Sequence record: DRR378314_197
Reading direction: 5' to 3' (one strand)
DNA: 64,000 bases
Shown here: piece after piece, positions 51,278 through 61,448 of the stretch
Position numbering within the stretch: the first letter of the stretch is position 1
Layout of the letters: each line of letters starts with the position of its first letter
Position numbers and translations under genes: made by a program
Notes under the pieces: generated by a model
What the model was told of the DNA's origin: nothing
Databases searched by the model: none
Seen by the model: only the letters and a program-made list of their open reading frames with translations

Positions 51278-51335
51278 GAGAGTCATCGTATTCCACATAC
51301 CGATGAATCGCTAAATTTCCGGTATTTGCTGGTGC

Positions 51336-52502
51336 TTATTTGCAATGCACCAGCTTACTGCCGGGATGAAACAGCTTCCAGGAGAACCAATATTCATCGG
51401 AAATAGCTACAGGAACCAGGTTCGATTCTATTTCGCCTTTTATAAACTTACCGCGAACATCCCATACCGTTCCGCTTTTAGTGTCGCAAAGCGTGCTGTT
51501 AGCACCGGGTTCAATGCTCACCGGCTTTTCCTCGACTGAGCTTTTAAAACCAAGAACTGAGCCGTTCACAGCGACAAGCACAACACCTAACTCTTCGTTG
51601 TTAACCACGCCCTGCTTTAGTAACTCGTCTTTAAGGTACATAACCTGCGGGTTAGCGATTTTATCGGTAATGCCCACCACATGCGTTCGGGGCGAAAAGG
51701 TATTATCCCGGTTTTTTGATGACAGTCCTGGGGTCAAACCATTCGCTATAACCTTTTTCCAAAGCCCTTTAACGGGAAGCTCAAACGCTTTAAAGTCCTG
51801 TTTCGTTACTTTTACTACCTCAGGGCAAGGGTTTAGCTTTTTCACCTCACTCCAGGTTAAAACCTGAAACGGGATCATTGTTAGTGTATACGGGTGTAAC
51901 TTGCCAATAACCGATTCACAACTGGCTTGCTGAAAAAAGGTTTTAGTTTTCTTGTCAGCCACAATCATATTCGCGTTTTTAAACGAGCCGACAAACAAAG
52001 GGCCAATATCGGTGACATCGAAAGGAATAATACTGTGGCACATGGCGCAGTAAGTTAACGCCACCAGTTTGTCCTCGAAACGGTCATTAATAATGTGGTG
52101 ATGTATTACATAGTCCAGCGGGTACGCCTTAGTAACACCATTATACTCAATAACAGCCAGCTCCATGTTGTCCTGAAGAGGAAGCTTCAGCGGATTATTC
52201 GCCATGGCGGGGAAATCAACAGCTTTAAACGCGTTTTCCTGATGCACTCGATGCGCTAATACAACGGCCAACGCCATTAGGATAAGAGGAGGAAGCGTCC
52301 ATAAAGGCAGCTCGTCAATTTGCCAGCTCATTAACAAAGTACCGATAACACCAGCAACCAGCACAGCCCAGGTAAAAGGCTTTCGAATAAAGTAATGGTA
52401 ATACGACCACTGAACAGGAAACGACTGGATAAGCGTCATATATACGGCAGCAGTGCCCACTGCCAGAGACAAAATTGCGAATGCATAAAAGATAAATACC
52501 AT
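51336..52502 (-). CDS. DUF3179-like membrane-anchored protein
   Basis: Three N-terminal TM segments; KAYPL...HHIIND...TYCAMCHS and YWFSWKLFHP motifs. Confidence 0.78.
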   Translation of the reverse strand: MVFIFYAFAILSLAVGTAAVYMTLIQSFPVQWSYYHYFIRKPFTWAVLVAGVIGTLLMSWQIDELPLWTLPPLILMALAVVLAHRVHQENAFKAVDFPAMANNPLKLPLQDNMELAVIEYNGVTKAYPLDYVIHHHIINDRFEDKLVALTYCAMCHSIIPFDVTDIGPLFVGSFKNANMIVADKKTKTFFQQASCESVIGKLHPYTLTMIPFQVLTWSEVKKLNPCPEVVKVTKQDFKAFELPVKGLWKKVIANGLTPGLSSKNRDNTFSPRTHVVGITDKIANPQVMYLKDELLKQGVVNNEELGVVLVAVNGSVLGFKSSVEEKPVSIEPGANSTLCDTKSGTVWDVRGKFIKGEIESNLVPVAISDEYWFSWKLFHPGSKLVHCK

Positions 52503-52607
52503 AACGGTCTCTCAATTAGCGTAAAAAGGCGGCACGTGCCATTACCGAAGTAAACATCATCTCATTAAATAAAGCCATAGCGGCAATAGTTCACCTTAAA
52601 TACAATT

Positions 52608-52626
52608 GATAATAGTTATCATTAAC
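52608..52626. promoter_or_regulatory. Fur box
   Basis: GATAATAGTTATCATTAAC matches 15/19 of the consensus; between DUF3179 and the TonB receptor. Confidence 0.85.
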
Positions 52627-52670
52627 ATTATAGTAACCTCTCTACACTTTACACAGGCGAGGATATAAAG

Positions 52671-54842
52671 GTGATAACTCAGCATTTAAAAAAATCCCCT
52701 CTTCACTTAGCGGTATTACTGGGCATAGGCGCTGCCTCAGCTGCTTTGCCGTCTTACGCCCAGGACGAAAGCAGCAAAAGCGAAGAAATGGAAAGAATTG
52801 AAATTAAAAACTCTTACACAACACGTGTTATGGATTACTCCACCGGGCTTAACCTCTCTCTTAGAGAAACCCCTCAGTCTATGACCGTAATTACCCAACA
52901 GCAGATTGACGATTTAGCAATAACAGAAATTGCTCAGGCACTCCGATACACCACCGGCATTAACGTCAACCGAGCCGAAACAGACCGCATTTTCCCGACC
53001 GCACGCGGGTTCTCTATTGATAACGTGCAATTTGACGGTGCTAATGTGCGCGGTGCTTACGGTGGTGTTGAAGGCGACTTCCTTTCTGACATGGCCGTTT
53101 ATGAGCGTGTAGAAGTGATTCGGGGCGCTGCAGGTTTACTCCAGGGGGCGGGCAATCCATCAGCCGCTATCAATTTAATTCGTAAAAAACCAACGGAAGA
53201 CCTGCGCTCTTCTATTAACATTAAAGCCGGTCGATGGGATTTAACCCGAGCGGAAGCCGATGTCTCTTCAAGTCTTGGTTTTGACGACAAGTTAAGGGGA
53301 CGCTTTGTTGCGGCTTATCAGGATGCCGGTTCTTACATGGACAGTGTAGAGCGTGATAAAACGATTCTTTACGGTATTCTGGAAGCTGACATAACGCCCT
53401 ATACCGAAGTCAATTTCGGTGTCGACTACCAGAAACATCATGTTGATGGAATAAGTTACGGTGAGCCCGTACCTTTATATTACAACGACGGTACACGTAC
53501 TGATCTCCCCCGCTCCAGCAATACCGGAAGCGACTGGACGTATCGTGATCGCGACCGCAACATTACGTTTGCCTCACTGGAGCATCGCTTTGCCAACTTT
53601 TGGCAATTCGATTTCTACGCCAGCCATATTGACGGGCATTATGATGACAAAAGAATGTATGTAACCGGATTTCTTGATCGGGACACCGGCCTCGGACTTG
53701 GAGCCAGCCCCAGCTCGACCAGAGGTGACTGGAACCAATATACTCTGGACTTTAGACTAAGCGGTCCGTTTGAGCTTTTAGGACGCCAACATCAAATGGT
53801 TGTCGGCTGGAACAGTAACCTTGAAGAAAATGACCGAAGCAGACGACCTGCACTGTCAGCAATTGAGCCATGGAGCTTTTACCAATGGGATTCTGTCCCT
53901 GAACCAGAATTTGCATCGGAATCTGACTACATCTGGGGCTGGGAAACTAAGCAAAGCGGATTTTACAGTGGTGCGCAATTTGACCTAGCGGAGCCTTTGT
54001 CACTAATTGTAGGGCTTCGCACCAGTTCATGGTCACATGAAGAGTACAATTACACTCCTGAGGCTATGAGTTCCCCTGTCACCGCGGTGGATGAATCTGA
54101 CTCGGGTGTTATTACTCCGTACGTAGGCATTGTTTATGATATTAATGATCATTTCTCCACCTACGCCAGCCTGACCGATATCTACAACATTCAAACTCAA
54201 AAAGATCGGTATGGTAATTTGCTTGACCCTGTGCACGGCGAAAACTATGAAATAGGTCTTAAAGGTGAATTCTTTAATCAGCGACTGAACTTCTCTACTG
54301 CAGTATTCCAGGTTAAGCAGCGAAATGTTGCGGTTCCGGATATTGAAGTGATTGTCGCTGGCCAACCAGAGCAACGCTATAAAGCAGAAGACGGTGTTGA
54401 AACCAAAGGTTATGAAGCTGAGCTTTCTGGCGAGCTAATGACCGGCCTTCAAATTTACGCAGGTTACACACACCGGGTAGCCCGCAACAATGACGGCGAA
54501 AAAGTCAGCCGACAAGCGCCTGAAGACATGGTAAGAATAACCAGTTCTTATAGCTTTGCAGAGAATTTGCCGGGGCTTACTCTGGGTGGTGGGCTTCGCT
54601 GGCAAAGTGAAGTATTCCCTTCAAGAAATCAAGGTGTAGGCCCCAATGGTGAAATCCCCCGCCAGGAAAGTTATACGGTTGCCGACCTGTTTGCCCGCTA
54701 TCAGATCTCTGACAGCCTTACTGCGTCATTAAATATTAACAACCTTTTTGATAAGAATTACTTTGAAAGTGTCGGCGTGTACAACTACGGCTCTTATGGC
54801 GAACCACGTAATATCAGTGCCAGTGTGCGCTGGGACTTCTAA
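52671..54842 (+). CDS. TonB-dependent siderophore receptor (FhuE/FpvA-like)
   Basis: Signal peptide, LRETPQSMTVIT, ERVEVIRGAAGLLQGAGNPSAAINL, NNLFDKNY and C-terminal Phe. Confidence 0.93.
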   Translation: MITQHLKKSPLHLAVLLGIGAASAALPSYAQDESSKSEEMERIEIKNSYTTRVMDYSTGLNLSLRETPQSMTVITQQQIDDLAITEIAQALRYTTGINVNRAETDRIFPTARGFSIDNVQFDGANVRGAYGGVEGDFLSDMAVYERVEVIRGAAGLLQGAGNPSAAINLIRKKPTEDLRSSINIKAGRWDLTRAEADVSSSLGFDDKLRGRFVAAYQDAGSYMDSVERDKTILYGILEADITPYTEVNFGVDYQKHHVDGISYGEPVPLYYNDGTRTDLPRSSNTGSDWTYRDRDRNITFASLEHRFANFWQFDFYASHIDGHYDDKRMYVTGFLDRDTGLGLGASPSSTRGDWNQYTLDFRLSGPFELLGRQHQMVVGWNSNLEENDRSRRPALSAIEPWSFYQWDSVPEPEFASESDYIWGWETKQSGFYSGAQFDLAEPLSLIVGLRTSSWSHEEYNYTPEAMSSPVTAVDESDSGVITPYVGIVYDINDHFSTYASLTDIYNIQTQKDRYGNLLDPVHGENYEIGLKGEFFNQRLNFSTAVFQVKQRNVAVPDIEVIVAGQPEQRYKAEDGVETKGYEAELSGELMTGLQIYAGYTHRVARNNDGEKVSRQAPEDMVRITSSYSFAENLPGLTLGGGLRWQSEVFPSRNQGVGPNGEIPRQESYTVADLFARYQISDSLTASLNINNLFDKNYFESVGVYNYGSYGEPRNISASVRWDF

Positions 54843-54872
54843 GGTATTGCCCTTTCATGATCTAAAAAATCG

Positions 54873-54910
54873 ATATAGCCCTGCTACTACGTATGATAGC
54901 GGGGCTATAT
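54873..54910. terminator. Stem-loop after the TonB receptor gene
   Basis: ATATAGCCCTGCTA-10nt-TAGCGGGGCTATAT. Confidence 0.6.
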
Positions 54911-54952
54911 GCAGACTCTCTGGTGTGCTGATTTTATCTTTACGCCAAATTA

Positions 54953-54966
54953 TTGATTCAGATCAA
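54953..54966. promoter_or_regulatory. FNR/Anr-type box
   Basis: Perfect TTGAT-tcag-ATCAA, 66 nt upstream of the alcohol dehydrogenase ATG. Confidence 0.8.
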
Positions 54967-55032
54967 GCTATTCGGCGAAACAAAGGAACACAATAATAGA
55001 ATATAAATTCACTGACAGAAAAGGCTAATGCC

Positions 55033-56181
55033 ATGAGCAGTACTTTTTATATTCCAGCGGTCAATATTATTGGCGAGAATGCCCTTAAAGATGCGGCTAC
55101 GCAAATGGACAACTATGGCTTTAAACAAGCCTTGATAGTCACCGACCCCGGCATGACCAAACTGGGCGTTACTGCCGAAATCGAAGCCCTGCTCAAAGAG
55201 CATGGAATAGACAGCCTAATTTACGATGGCGTACAACCCAACCCGACAGTAACGAACGTGAAAGCCGGGTTAGATGTTCTGCAGAAACATCAATGCGATT
55301 GTGTTATTTCACTAGGTGGAGGTTCAGCTCACGACTGCGCCAAAGGTATAGCCCTGGTTGCCACTAATGGCGGGCATATTAGTGACTATGAAGGCGTTGA
55401 TGTCTCGAAAAAGCCACAACTGCCACTCATTAGTATTAATACCACCGCAGGCACAGCGTCCGAAATGACCCGCTTTTGCATCATTACCGATCCGGAACGC
55501 CATATTAAAATGGCAATTGTCGACCAAAATGTGACACCAATTCTGTCGGTTAACGACCCAAGGTTAATGGTCGGTATGCCTGCCAGCTTGACTGCAGCAA
55601 CAGGCATGGATGCGCTGACCCATGCCGTTGAAGCCTATGTATCTACCGACGCTACGCCGATTACCGATGCCTGTGCCATAAAAGCCATAGAGATTATCCG
55701 GGACAATCTGCACGAAGCGGTTCATAACGGAGCGAATATGGAAGCTCGTGAGCAAATGGCTTACGCACAGTTCCTGGCGGGTATGGCGTTTAACAATGCG
55801 TCTCTGGGTTATGTACATGCCATGGCGCACCAACTCGGCGGGTTCTACGACTTGCCGCACGGTGTCTGCAACGCGGTTTTATTGCCTCATGTGCAACGCT
55901 ACAACAGTCAGGTTGTCGCACCGCGCCTGAAAGACATTGGTAAAGCACTGGGCGCAGAAGTACAGGGATTAACAGACAAAGAAGGGGCTGACGCTGCTAT
56001 TGCCGCCATTGTAAAACTATCTCAAAGCGTCAATATTCCGGCTGGTTTGGAAGAATTAGGGGCAAAAGAAGAGGACTTTAATACATTGGCAGACAATGCC
56101 ATGAAAGACGCTTGTGGCCTGACTAATCCAATTCAACCCAGTCACGAAGACGTTGTTACTATTTTTAAAGCGGCTTTTTAA
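55033..56181 (+). CDS. Iron-containing alcohol dehydrogenase (YiaY/AdhB-like)
   Basis: [29 protein letters not shown] and [16 protein letters not shown] motifs. Confidence 0.95.
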   Translation: MSSTFYIPAVNIIGENALKDAATQMDNYGFKQALIVTDPGMTKLGVTAEIEALLKEHGIDSLIYDGVQPNPTVTNVKAGLDVLQKHQCDCVISLGGGSAHDCAKGIALVATNGGHISDYEGVDVSKKPQLPLISINTTAGTASEMTRFCIITDPERHIKMAIVDQNVTPILSVNDPRLMVGMPASLTAATGMDALTHAVEAYVSTDATPITDACAIKAIEIIRDNLHEAVHNGANMEAREQMAYAQFLAGMAFNNASLGYVHAMAHQLGGFYDLPHGVCNAVLLPHVQRYNSQVVAPRLKDIGKALGAEVQGLTDKEGADAAIAAIVKLSQSVNIPAGLEELGAKEEDFNTLADNAMKDACGLTNPIQPSHEDVVTIFKAAF

Positions 56182-56269
56182 CCGGAGTCTTTTAAGCTTA
56201 GCCGTCCGACATCGGACATAGCTATAGTTTATTGTACTGTGCTAACAAAATCCTATACCTGCGGCTACA

Positions 56270-56716
56270 TTAATGTAGCCGCGAATACGCTGATGTATCA
56301 TATCCAGCAACGGTAGTCCCATTCATAGGCATAGTTTGTTCCTCTGTTTCCTTGTACGTAAACATGAGTTGTCGCAACTTGCAGCCTTCGCGAAGCAGAG
56401 CTATAGCGGCCGGATGATCTGACGAAAGCGTATTCTGTAACTGCTGAAAATTGTGTAATGCCCGACTTAACAGAGAAACGCAGCAATTCACGCGATTTTG
56501 ACGATTATATGTCTCAGACAGATTCTGCACCGCAATTGACAAGCAAATAATAACCTCGCTAGCCTGCTCATGCTGGTTTTTCAGGATATCACTCAAATGT
56601 CCTCGTAACAGAAGAATACTATTCATGTAGTAATGATTGGCATTTTGCCATTGTCCCTGCTCAAACTCATAATTCCCCATACGCTGTAACATTTTCCAAT
56701 TCTGTATCAGTTCCAT
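56270..56716 (-). CDS. DUF2753-like helical protein
   Basis: W....GN..FEQGQW..A..YY and SIAVQNLSE patterns; divergent from sodA; AGGAGG RBS. Confidence 0.65.
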   Translation of the reverse strand: MELIQNWKMLQRMGNYEFEQGQWQNANHYYMNSILLLRGHLSDILKNQHEQASEVIICLSIAVQNLSETYNRQNRVNCCVSLLSRALHNFQQLQNTLSSDHPAAIALLREGCKLRQLMFTYKETEEQTMPMNGTTVAGYDTSAYSRLH

Positions 56717-56764
56717 AATAACCTCCTGCGTTACTCATCAGCATGCCTTGCAATTTAATTAAAT

Positions 56765-56789
56765 GCAAATGATAATGATTACCGTTAAC
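56765..56789. promoter_or_regulatory. Overlapping Fur boxes upstream of sodA
   Basis: GCAAATGATAATGATTACC (56765-83) and GATAATGATTACCGTTAAC (56771-89), each 15/19. Confidence 0.87.
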
Positions 56790-56812
56790 TTAAAATTAAT
56801 CAGGAGTAAACT

Positions 56813-57421
56813 ATGTGCTTTAAATTACCTGCGTTACCCTACAACTACGATGCACTTGAGCCTCATGTCGATGCCATGACAATGGAAATTCACCATCAGC
56901 GACATCACCAGACCTATGTCAACGGTCTGAACCAGGCACTGGCCGAAACCCGTTACGAAAAATGGGACTTATCTGAACTGTTACGACAAATTGAGAGTAT
57001 ACCTAGTAATATGCAGTCTGCTGTGCGTAATCATGGTGGTGGCCATGCTAACCACTCATTGTTCTGGCAAGTTATGTCACCTCAGGGCGGTGGCGAACCC
57101 ACGGGCAATCTGGCTAAAGCCATAGAGACCGACATTGGCGGCTTTAAGGCCTTTCAGGAACAATTCACTCAGGCTGCGGTCAGTCGGTTTGGTAGCGGCT
57201 GGGCCTGGTTAGTGATTAATGCCAACGGACAACTTGAAATAACCAGTACAGCGAATCAAGATAGTCCATTAATGGATGGACTGACTCCCATACTCGGGCT
57301 GGATGTTTGGGAACACGCTTACTATTTAAAATATCAGAACAAACGTGCAGACTATATTGCAGCATTTTATGAAGTGATTCACTGGCCGGAAGTTGCCAGG
57401 CGTTTTGAGGAACATGAATGA
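56813..57421 (+). CDS. sodA: Superoxide dismutase, Mn-type
   Basis: [15 protein letters not shown] (Mn-type GG), NQD and DVWEHAYY motifs. Confidence 0.93.
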   Translation: MCFKLPALPYNYDALEPHVDAMTMEIHHQRHHQTYVNGLNQALAETRYEKWDLSELLRQIESIPSNMQSAVRNHGGGHANHSLFWQVMSPQGGGEPTGNLAKAIETDIGGFKAFQEQFTQAAVSRFGSGWAWLVINANGQLEITSTANQDSPLMDGLTPILGLDVWEHAYYLKYQNKRADYIAAFYEVIHWPEVARRFEEHE

Positions 57422-58311
57422 AGGTAATGGAATTATTTCAACCGGGTTGGCGTCTTGGAAGCAAGCTACTCGGTTGGTTCGTCCTGGTTTTGGGCGCAGG
57501 CTATGGTTTATATCAGCTCATTCTGTTAATGCAGAATCAGGACCATGTACGCTACGCGTTTTATGCCGGAATGGTAGCGGCTGGAGCCACGGCTGCGGGT
57601 ACCCTTCCCGCTCTTTTCTCTCGTGGATTATCAACTCGTTTACATGCTGCAATATTGGGGTTTGGCGGCGGAGTTATGCTGGCAGCCAGCATTTTTTCTC
57701 TCATTGTACCGGCGTTAGATCTATTCGAAATAGCAGCACAAACCGCTTGGCATGCGCCGCTAAAAGTGTCTGCGGCTATACTTTTGGGCTCTTTTTTAAT
57801 GATGGCTCTGGAGCGCAGTGTCCCACATGAGCACTTTATTAAAGGCACTGAAGGACGCCAGGCACTGATATTGAAACGCAGTTGGTTGTTTGTTTTTGCA
57901 ATTATTCTGCACAATATTCCTGAAGGGTTGGCAATAGGCGTAGCTTACGCCGGCGATGACACAGTCGGAGCATCCACTCTGGCAACCGGTATTTCTGTGC
58001 AAGACATACCTGAGGGCTTTGTCGTAGCCATGGCTCTGTTGGCCGCTGGTTATAGCCGTAAGATAGCAATTGGTGTCGGGATGTTATCCGGTTTGGTGGA
58101 GCCATTAATGGCTGTTATTGGCGCCATTGCATTGAGCAATTCAGCTGTGCTGCCCTGGGGGCTGGCTATGGCCGCGGGTGCTATGTTATTCGTCATCAGT
58201 CATGAAATGATTCCCGAGTCACACAAACAAGGCCACGAAATGTCTGCAACGAATGGCCTTATGCTGGGGTTCGTGCTGATGTTTGTGCTGGATACAGCCT
58301 TGGGTAGTTAG
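57418..58311 (+). CDS. ZIP family metal transporter (GufA/ZupT-like)
   Basis: [17 protein letters not shown] and HEMIPESH motifs; ATGA overlap with sodA. Confidence 0.92.
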   Translation: MKVMELFQPGWRLGSKLLGWFVLVLGAGYGLYQLILLMQNQDHVRYAFYAGMVAAGATAAGTLPALFSRGLSTRLHAAILGFGGGVMLAASIFSLIVPALDLFEIAAQTAWHAPLKVSAAILLGSFLMMALERSVPHEHFIKGTEGRQALILKRSWLFVFAIILHNIPEGLAIGVAYAGDDTVGASTLATGISVQDIPEGFVVAMALLAAGYSRKIAIGVGMLSGLVEPLMAVIGAIALSNSAVLPWGLAMAAGAMLFVISHEMIPESHKQGHEMSATNGLMLGFVLMFVLDTALGS

Positions 58312-58395
58312 CGCTCAGCTTAACTACCTGAAGCGAATTCGCATTTTCTTTTAAATAAGTAATCGTTTCCGTTTTCATAGCATTTTTCACAAAGC

Positions 58396-58716
58396 TTATT
58401 TATCGAGTAACCACATGACAAAGGCGTACAAGTTGGAAACGAGATAAAGAGCGCACAAAAGCAGCGAGACAGAATAAACCGAAAACAGTACCACTTTGGG
58501 TACTACTTCCCTGACTAGCCAAAGAAAGCCTGATGCAGCCAACCAACAAGGCAATGCCGCAATCAATGCAAAAATCACAACTTGCATATACTCATGGCGA
58601 TACTCAGCACCGGGGTTCGCGTAATATCCGAATGTGTACTTGCCTGCGACTCCGAGAAAAAAGAGTCCGCCTGCGGCAGCCACGAAAGCCAGAATCATCC
58701 ATATTTTCGAGAACAT
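58396..58716 (-). CDS. Small three-TM hypothetical protein
   Basis: AAGGA RBS; three hydrophobic segments. Confidence 0.7.
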   Translation of the reverse strand: MFSKIWMILAFVAAAGGLFFLGVAGKYTFGYYANPGAEYRHEYMQVVIFALIAALPCWLAASGFLWLVREVVPKVVLFSVYSVSLLLCALYLVSNLYAFVMWLLDK

Positions 58717-58830
58717 AAGTTATTCCTTTAACTATAATAGTTAACATTACCAGTAACTAAGGTTACCTACTTTTTCGAGAGACTGCAGTGGCCTTTACAT
58801 TGTTGGAGTGAATGGTTAGCGGCTTCCTCA

Positions 58831-59412
58831 TTATGTATCCGTTTTTCCTATCCACTTTTGAATCGTCGTAGGTTCATAACTGGCGAATCGATCGAGCAGC
58901 GTTTCGGGAGCAGAATCTACAAGCAACATTGAGCGGTGCGGCTGTTTGACGAACTGCTCTGCTACGGCATGATCAAAAAATGCAGTTAACGAATCAAAGT
59001 AGCCTTCTATATTGAGCAAGCCGCAAGGTTTTTTATGGAATCCAAGCTGAGCCCATGTCCAAATTTCAAAAATCTCCTCAAGAGTCCCTATCCCTCCGGG
59101 CATAGCAATAAACCCGTCCGACAGATCAGCCATCAGGGTTTTGCGTTCATGCATAGATTGCGTTACGTGTAGCTCGGTCAGGTTTGGGTGCGCAACTTCT
59201 TTCCGCACCAATGCTTCGGGAATGACGCCAACGGCCTCTCCTCCAAGTTGCAACACAGTATCGGCAATCAGCCCCATAATACCAACACTCGCGCCACCAT
59301 AAACAAGCTTTAGGTTTCGGTTTACAAGTGTTCTTGCAAGATCACGGGCCGCTCTGGAGTAGGCTTCCTGTCGACCGGGATTTGAACCACAATATATACA
59401 GATGCTCTTCAT
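58831..59412 (-). CDS. LOG family nucleotide phosphoribohydrolase (TIGR00730-like)
   Basis: YCGS, VYGG..GIMG, MHERK and PGGIGTLEE motifs. Confidence 0.93.
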   Translation of the reverse strand: MKSICIYCGSNPGRQEAYSRAARDLARTLVNRNLKLVYGGASVGIMGLIADTVLQLGGEAVGVIPEALVRKEVAHPNLTELHVTQSMHERKTLMADLSDGFIAMPGGIGTLEEIFEIWTWAQLGFHKKPCGLLNIEGYFDSLTAFFDHAVAEQFVKQPHRSMLLVDSAPETLLDRFASYEPTTIQKWIGKTDT

Positions 59413-59538
59413 GGCGTTACTCGTTCGCTAGAAAAAAGCGTGTTCAATGATGAAAATAGTAGCTCCGACAATGCCGAAGGAAACGATAAAGTTAAAAGTT
59501 CCAGGCCAGCCAATACGCTTCTGAATAACATTATTTCT

Positions 59539-61101
59539 CTATCGGCATTCATAGCTATCGGCGGAAGCCTCATCCCCTCCAGTATAATGCGGGTACTCCG
59601 GATAGCTGCAAAGCTTGGTGCTGGCGGGCTCTGGCTTTTCGCGTGAGGCGGTGACATTGCCCGGCGCGTCGTCATTTTCCACCCAGTCGACGACCGCACT
59701 CAGCAGATCAAAGGAATCGTAAGTATTGTCCCCACCGGCGCAGTGACCCATCCCGGGTACAAAATAGAACCGGCTGGCATCGTCCCAGTTTTCATTGGCA
59801 CTATCAGCCCGCTGATAAAATCCGAGCGTGTCATAGGCGGAGAACCAGGCATCGCTGACCCCGTGATAGAAAAGGATCTTTCCACCGCGATCGAGAAAGG
59901 TCGAAAAGTTAGTCCAGCCGTAGCTATCGGTGCGCCCCTGCATCGGATCATTGCGCAGCCGCGCGTCTTCGGCATCAATATCAAGCTCAGTCTGGCCTGC
60001 GCTGGCGCCGGGCGAGAAAAAGTTCTCACCAGGAATAAAGGTCATACCGCCCTCAATCATGCCCGTGTCGACGGGAAAGGCAGGATAGATCTCGTAACCA
60101 GCGCCATTTACGAGCGGCGCAAATGCCTTATCAATCGCGTCTGCCTGCTCCTGTGATATGCAAGCGTCGTCGTCCCCTGATTGACATACGAGCAGGCCCG
60201 GGTCGAAGTCGCAGCCCTGAACATTGGCAATCACTCCGTCCTCAAGGCCATCCAAACTGTCGCATTGCGCCAGAAGCCCGTCATAGACCGTGCGACGTTC
60301 AGCCGGTGAAAAGGCACTGCCGACCTGCGGATTACCTTCGTCGTCACGCGGTGCTATCTCGTTAAAGGCCGCGACAGCCTTACGTAGAGCGAAATTTGAA
60401 TGTCCCGTACGCATAGCCGGCGCGCCGACAACGGCGCCGTCAAACAGCATGGGGTAGCGCTGCGCAGCCAGCATGCTCTCACGCCCGCCGGTAGAGCAGC
60501 CTGAAATATAGGTATGATGCGCCGCCTGCCCGTAATAAGCCTTCGCAATGTCTTTCCCCAGTTGGGTAACCTTGGCCACGGACTGCCCAGCGAAATCAAG
60601 CGCGGCTTGCTGATCTGCCATAAAGGACGCGTCGAAACCGCCCTTGCCCTTGTGTCCGCCATCGGTGGATATCACCGCAAAGCCGCGCGCAAGAGCTGGC
60701 GTGTCGCCAGCGGCATTACCGCCAAGCGGAGGGTGCACTGTGCCATTCAGTCCTCCACCGCCCTGAAACAGAAAGCGGCCGTTCCAGTTTTCAGGCATTG
60801 CCAACGCGAAACCGAGACCATAGGTTTTACCGTCCGCGCCCTCACGTTCATTGCTCAGGCCTTCAACATAACAATGATCGGGAAGCTCCACCGTCGTGTT
60901 ATCGGGACCGCCTCCGAAGCTGAATGAACCGGCCGATTTCATCTCTGCACTGGTGATTTCAGTGTTCGCTATTTCAAACTCAGTCAATGCCGCACAGGAC
61001 ATTTCAGTCTCCGTGGCATCGCCACCGAAAGCATTATTTGCTCCACATCCCCCGACAGCAAGCGCAGCCAGTGCAATCATGAATCGATTCATTGTTTTCA
61101 T
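59539..61101 (-). CDS. Tannase/feruloyl esterase family lipoprotein
   Basis: Lipobox VGGC, WNGRF..GGGG, STDGGH, GCSTGGRE, HGVSD and PGMGHC (CS-D-HC catalytic set). Confidence 0.92.
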   Translation of the reverse strand: MKTMNRFMIALAALAVGGCGANNAFGGDATETEMSCAALTEFEIANTEITSAEMKSAGSFSFGGGPDNTTVELPDHCYVEGLSNEREGADGKTYGLGFALAMPENWNGRFLFQGGGGLNGTVHPPLGGNAAGDTPALARGFAVISTDGGHKGKGGFDASFMADQQAALDFAGQSVAKVTQLGKDIAKAYYGQAAHHTYISGCSTGGRESMLAAQRYPMLFDGAVVGAPAMRTGHSNFALRKAVAAFNEIAPRDDEGNPQVGSAFSPAERRTVYDGLLAQCDSLDGLEDGVIANVQGCDFDPGLLVCQSGDDDACISQEQADAIDKAFAPLVNGAGYEIYPAFPVDTGMIEGGMTFIPGENFFSPGASAGQTELDIDAEDARLRNDPMQGRTDSYGWTNFSTFLDRGGKILFYHGVSDAWFSAYDTLGFYQRADSANENWDDASRFYFVPGMGHCAGGDNTYDSFDLLSAVVDWVENDDAPGNVTASREKPEPASTKLCSYPEYPHYTGGDEASADSYECR

Positions 61102-61200
61102 CCTTTTTTATTGCTGCCTCAACAACCGACGGCATTGCTTGGTGTCTTTGGTTTCTTCAGGTTCCAGCAAGTAAAATGCTCAATATAATATTTCGTACCA

Positions 61201-61416
61201 CTAAAAAATATACTTTACGACTATTGAGCCTACCGCAAGAACGGCACCGAAAATGGCTAGAAGATACTTATTTTTGTACGAACTGTAGGCCATGAGAAAA
61301 TAACCTATGGCTCCAACTATATTTCGTAAATGCTGTCCATAAAATGTAAAGTCAATAAGATTAGTCAATGCTAATAGAGCGAAAAAAACGACAAAAAATT
61401 TATTAGTTGCTGTCAT
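61201..61416 (-). CDS. Small membrane protein, probable former cassette gene
   Basis: 71 aa from ATG 61416; hydrophobic, AT-rich; follows a GTTAGAAC core-like site. Confidence 0.6.
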   Translation of the reverse strand: MTATNKFFVVFFALLALTNLIDFTFYGQHLRNIVGAIGYFLMAYSSYKNKYLLAIFGAVLAVGSIVVKYIF

Positions 61417-61448
61417 CCTGATTTTAATCTCCAGTTTGAATGATTGAG

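Noticed and set aside
58725-58790. TAAC/GTTA-rich spacer upstream of the 58396-58716 gene as a possible attC
   Set aside because: No R''-L''...L'-R' spacing or extended pairing could be built.
59409-59699. 96-aa minus-strand ORF overlapping the esterase 3' end
   Set aside because: Out-of-frame overlap with a confident gene and no recognisable features.
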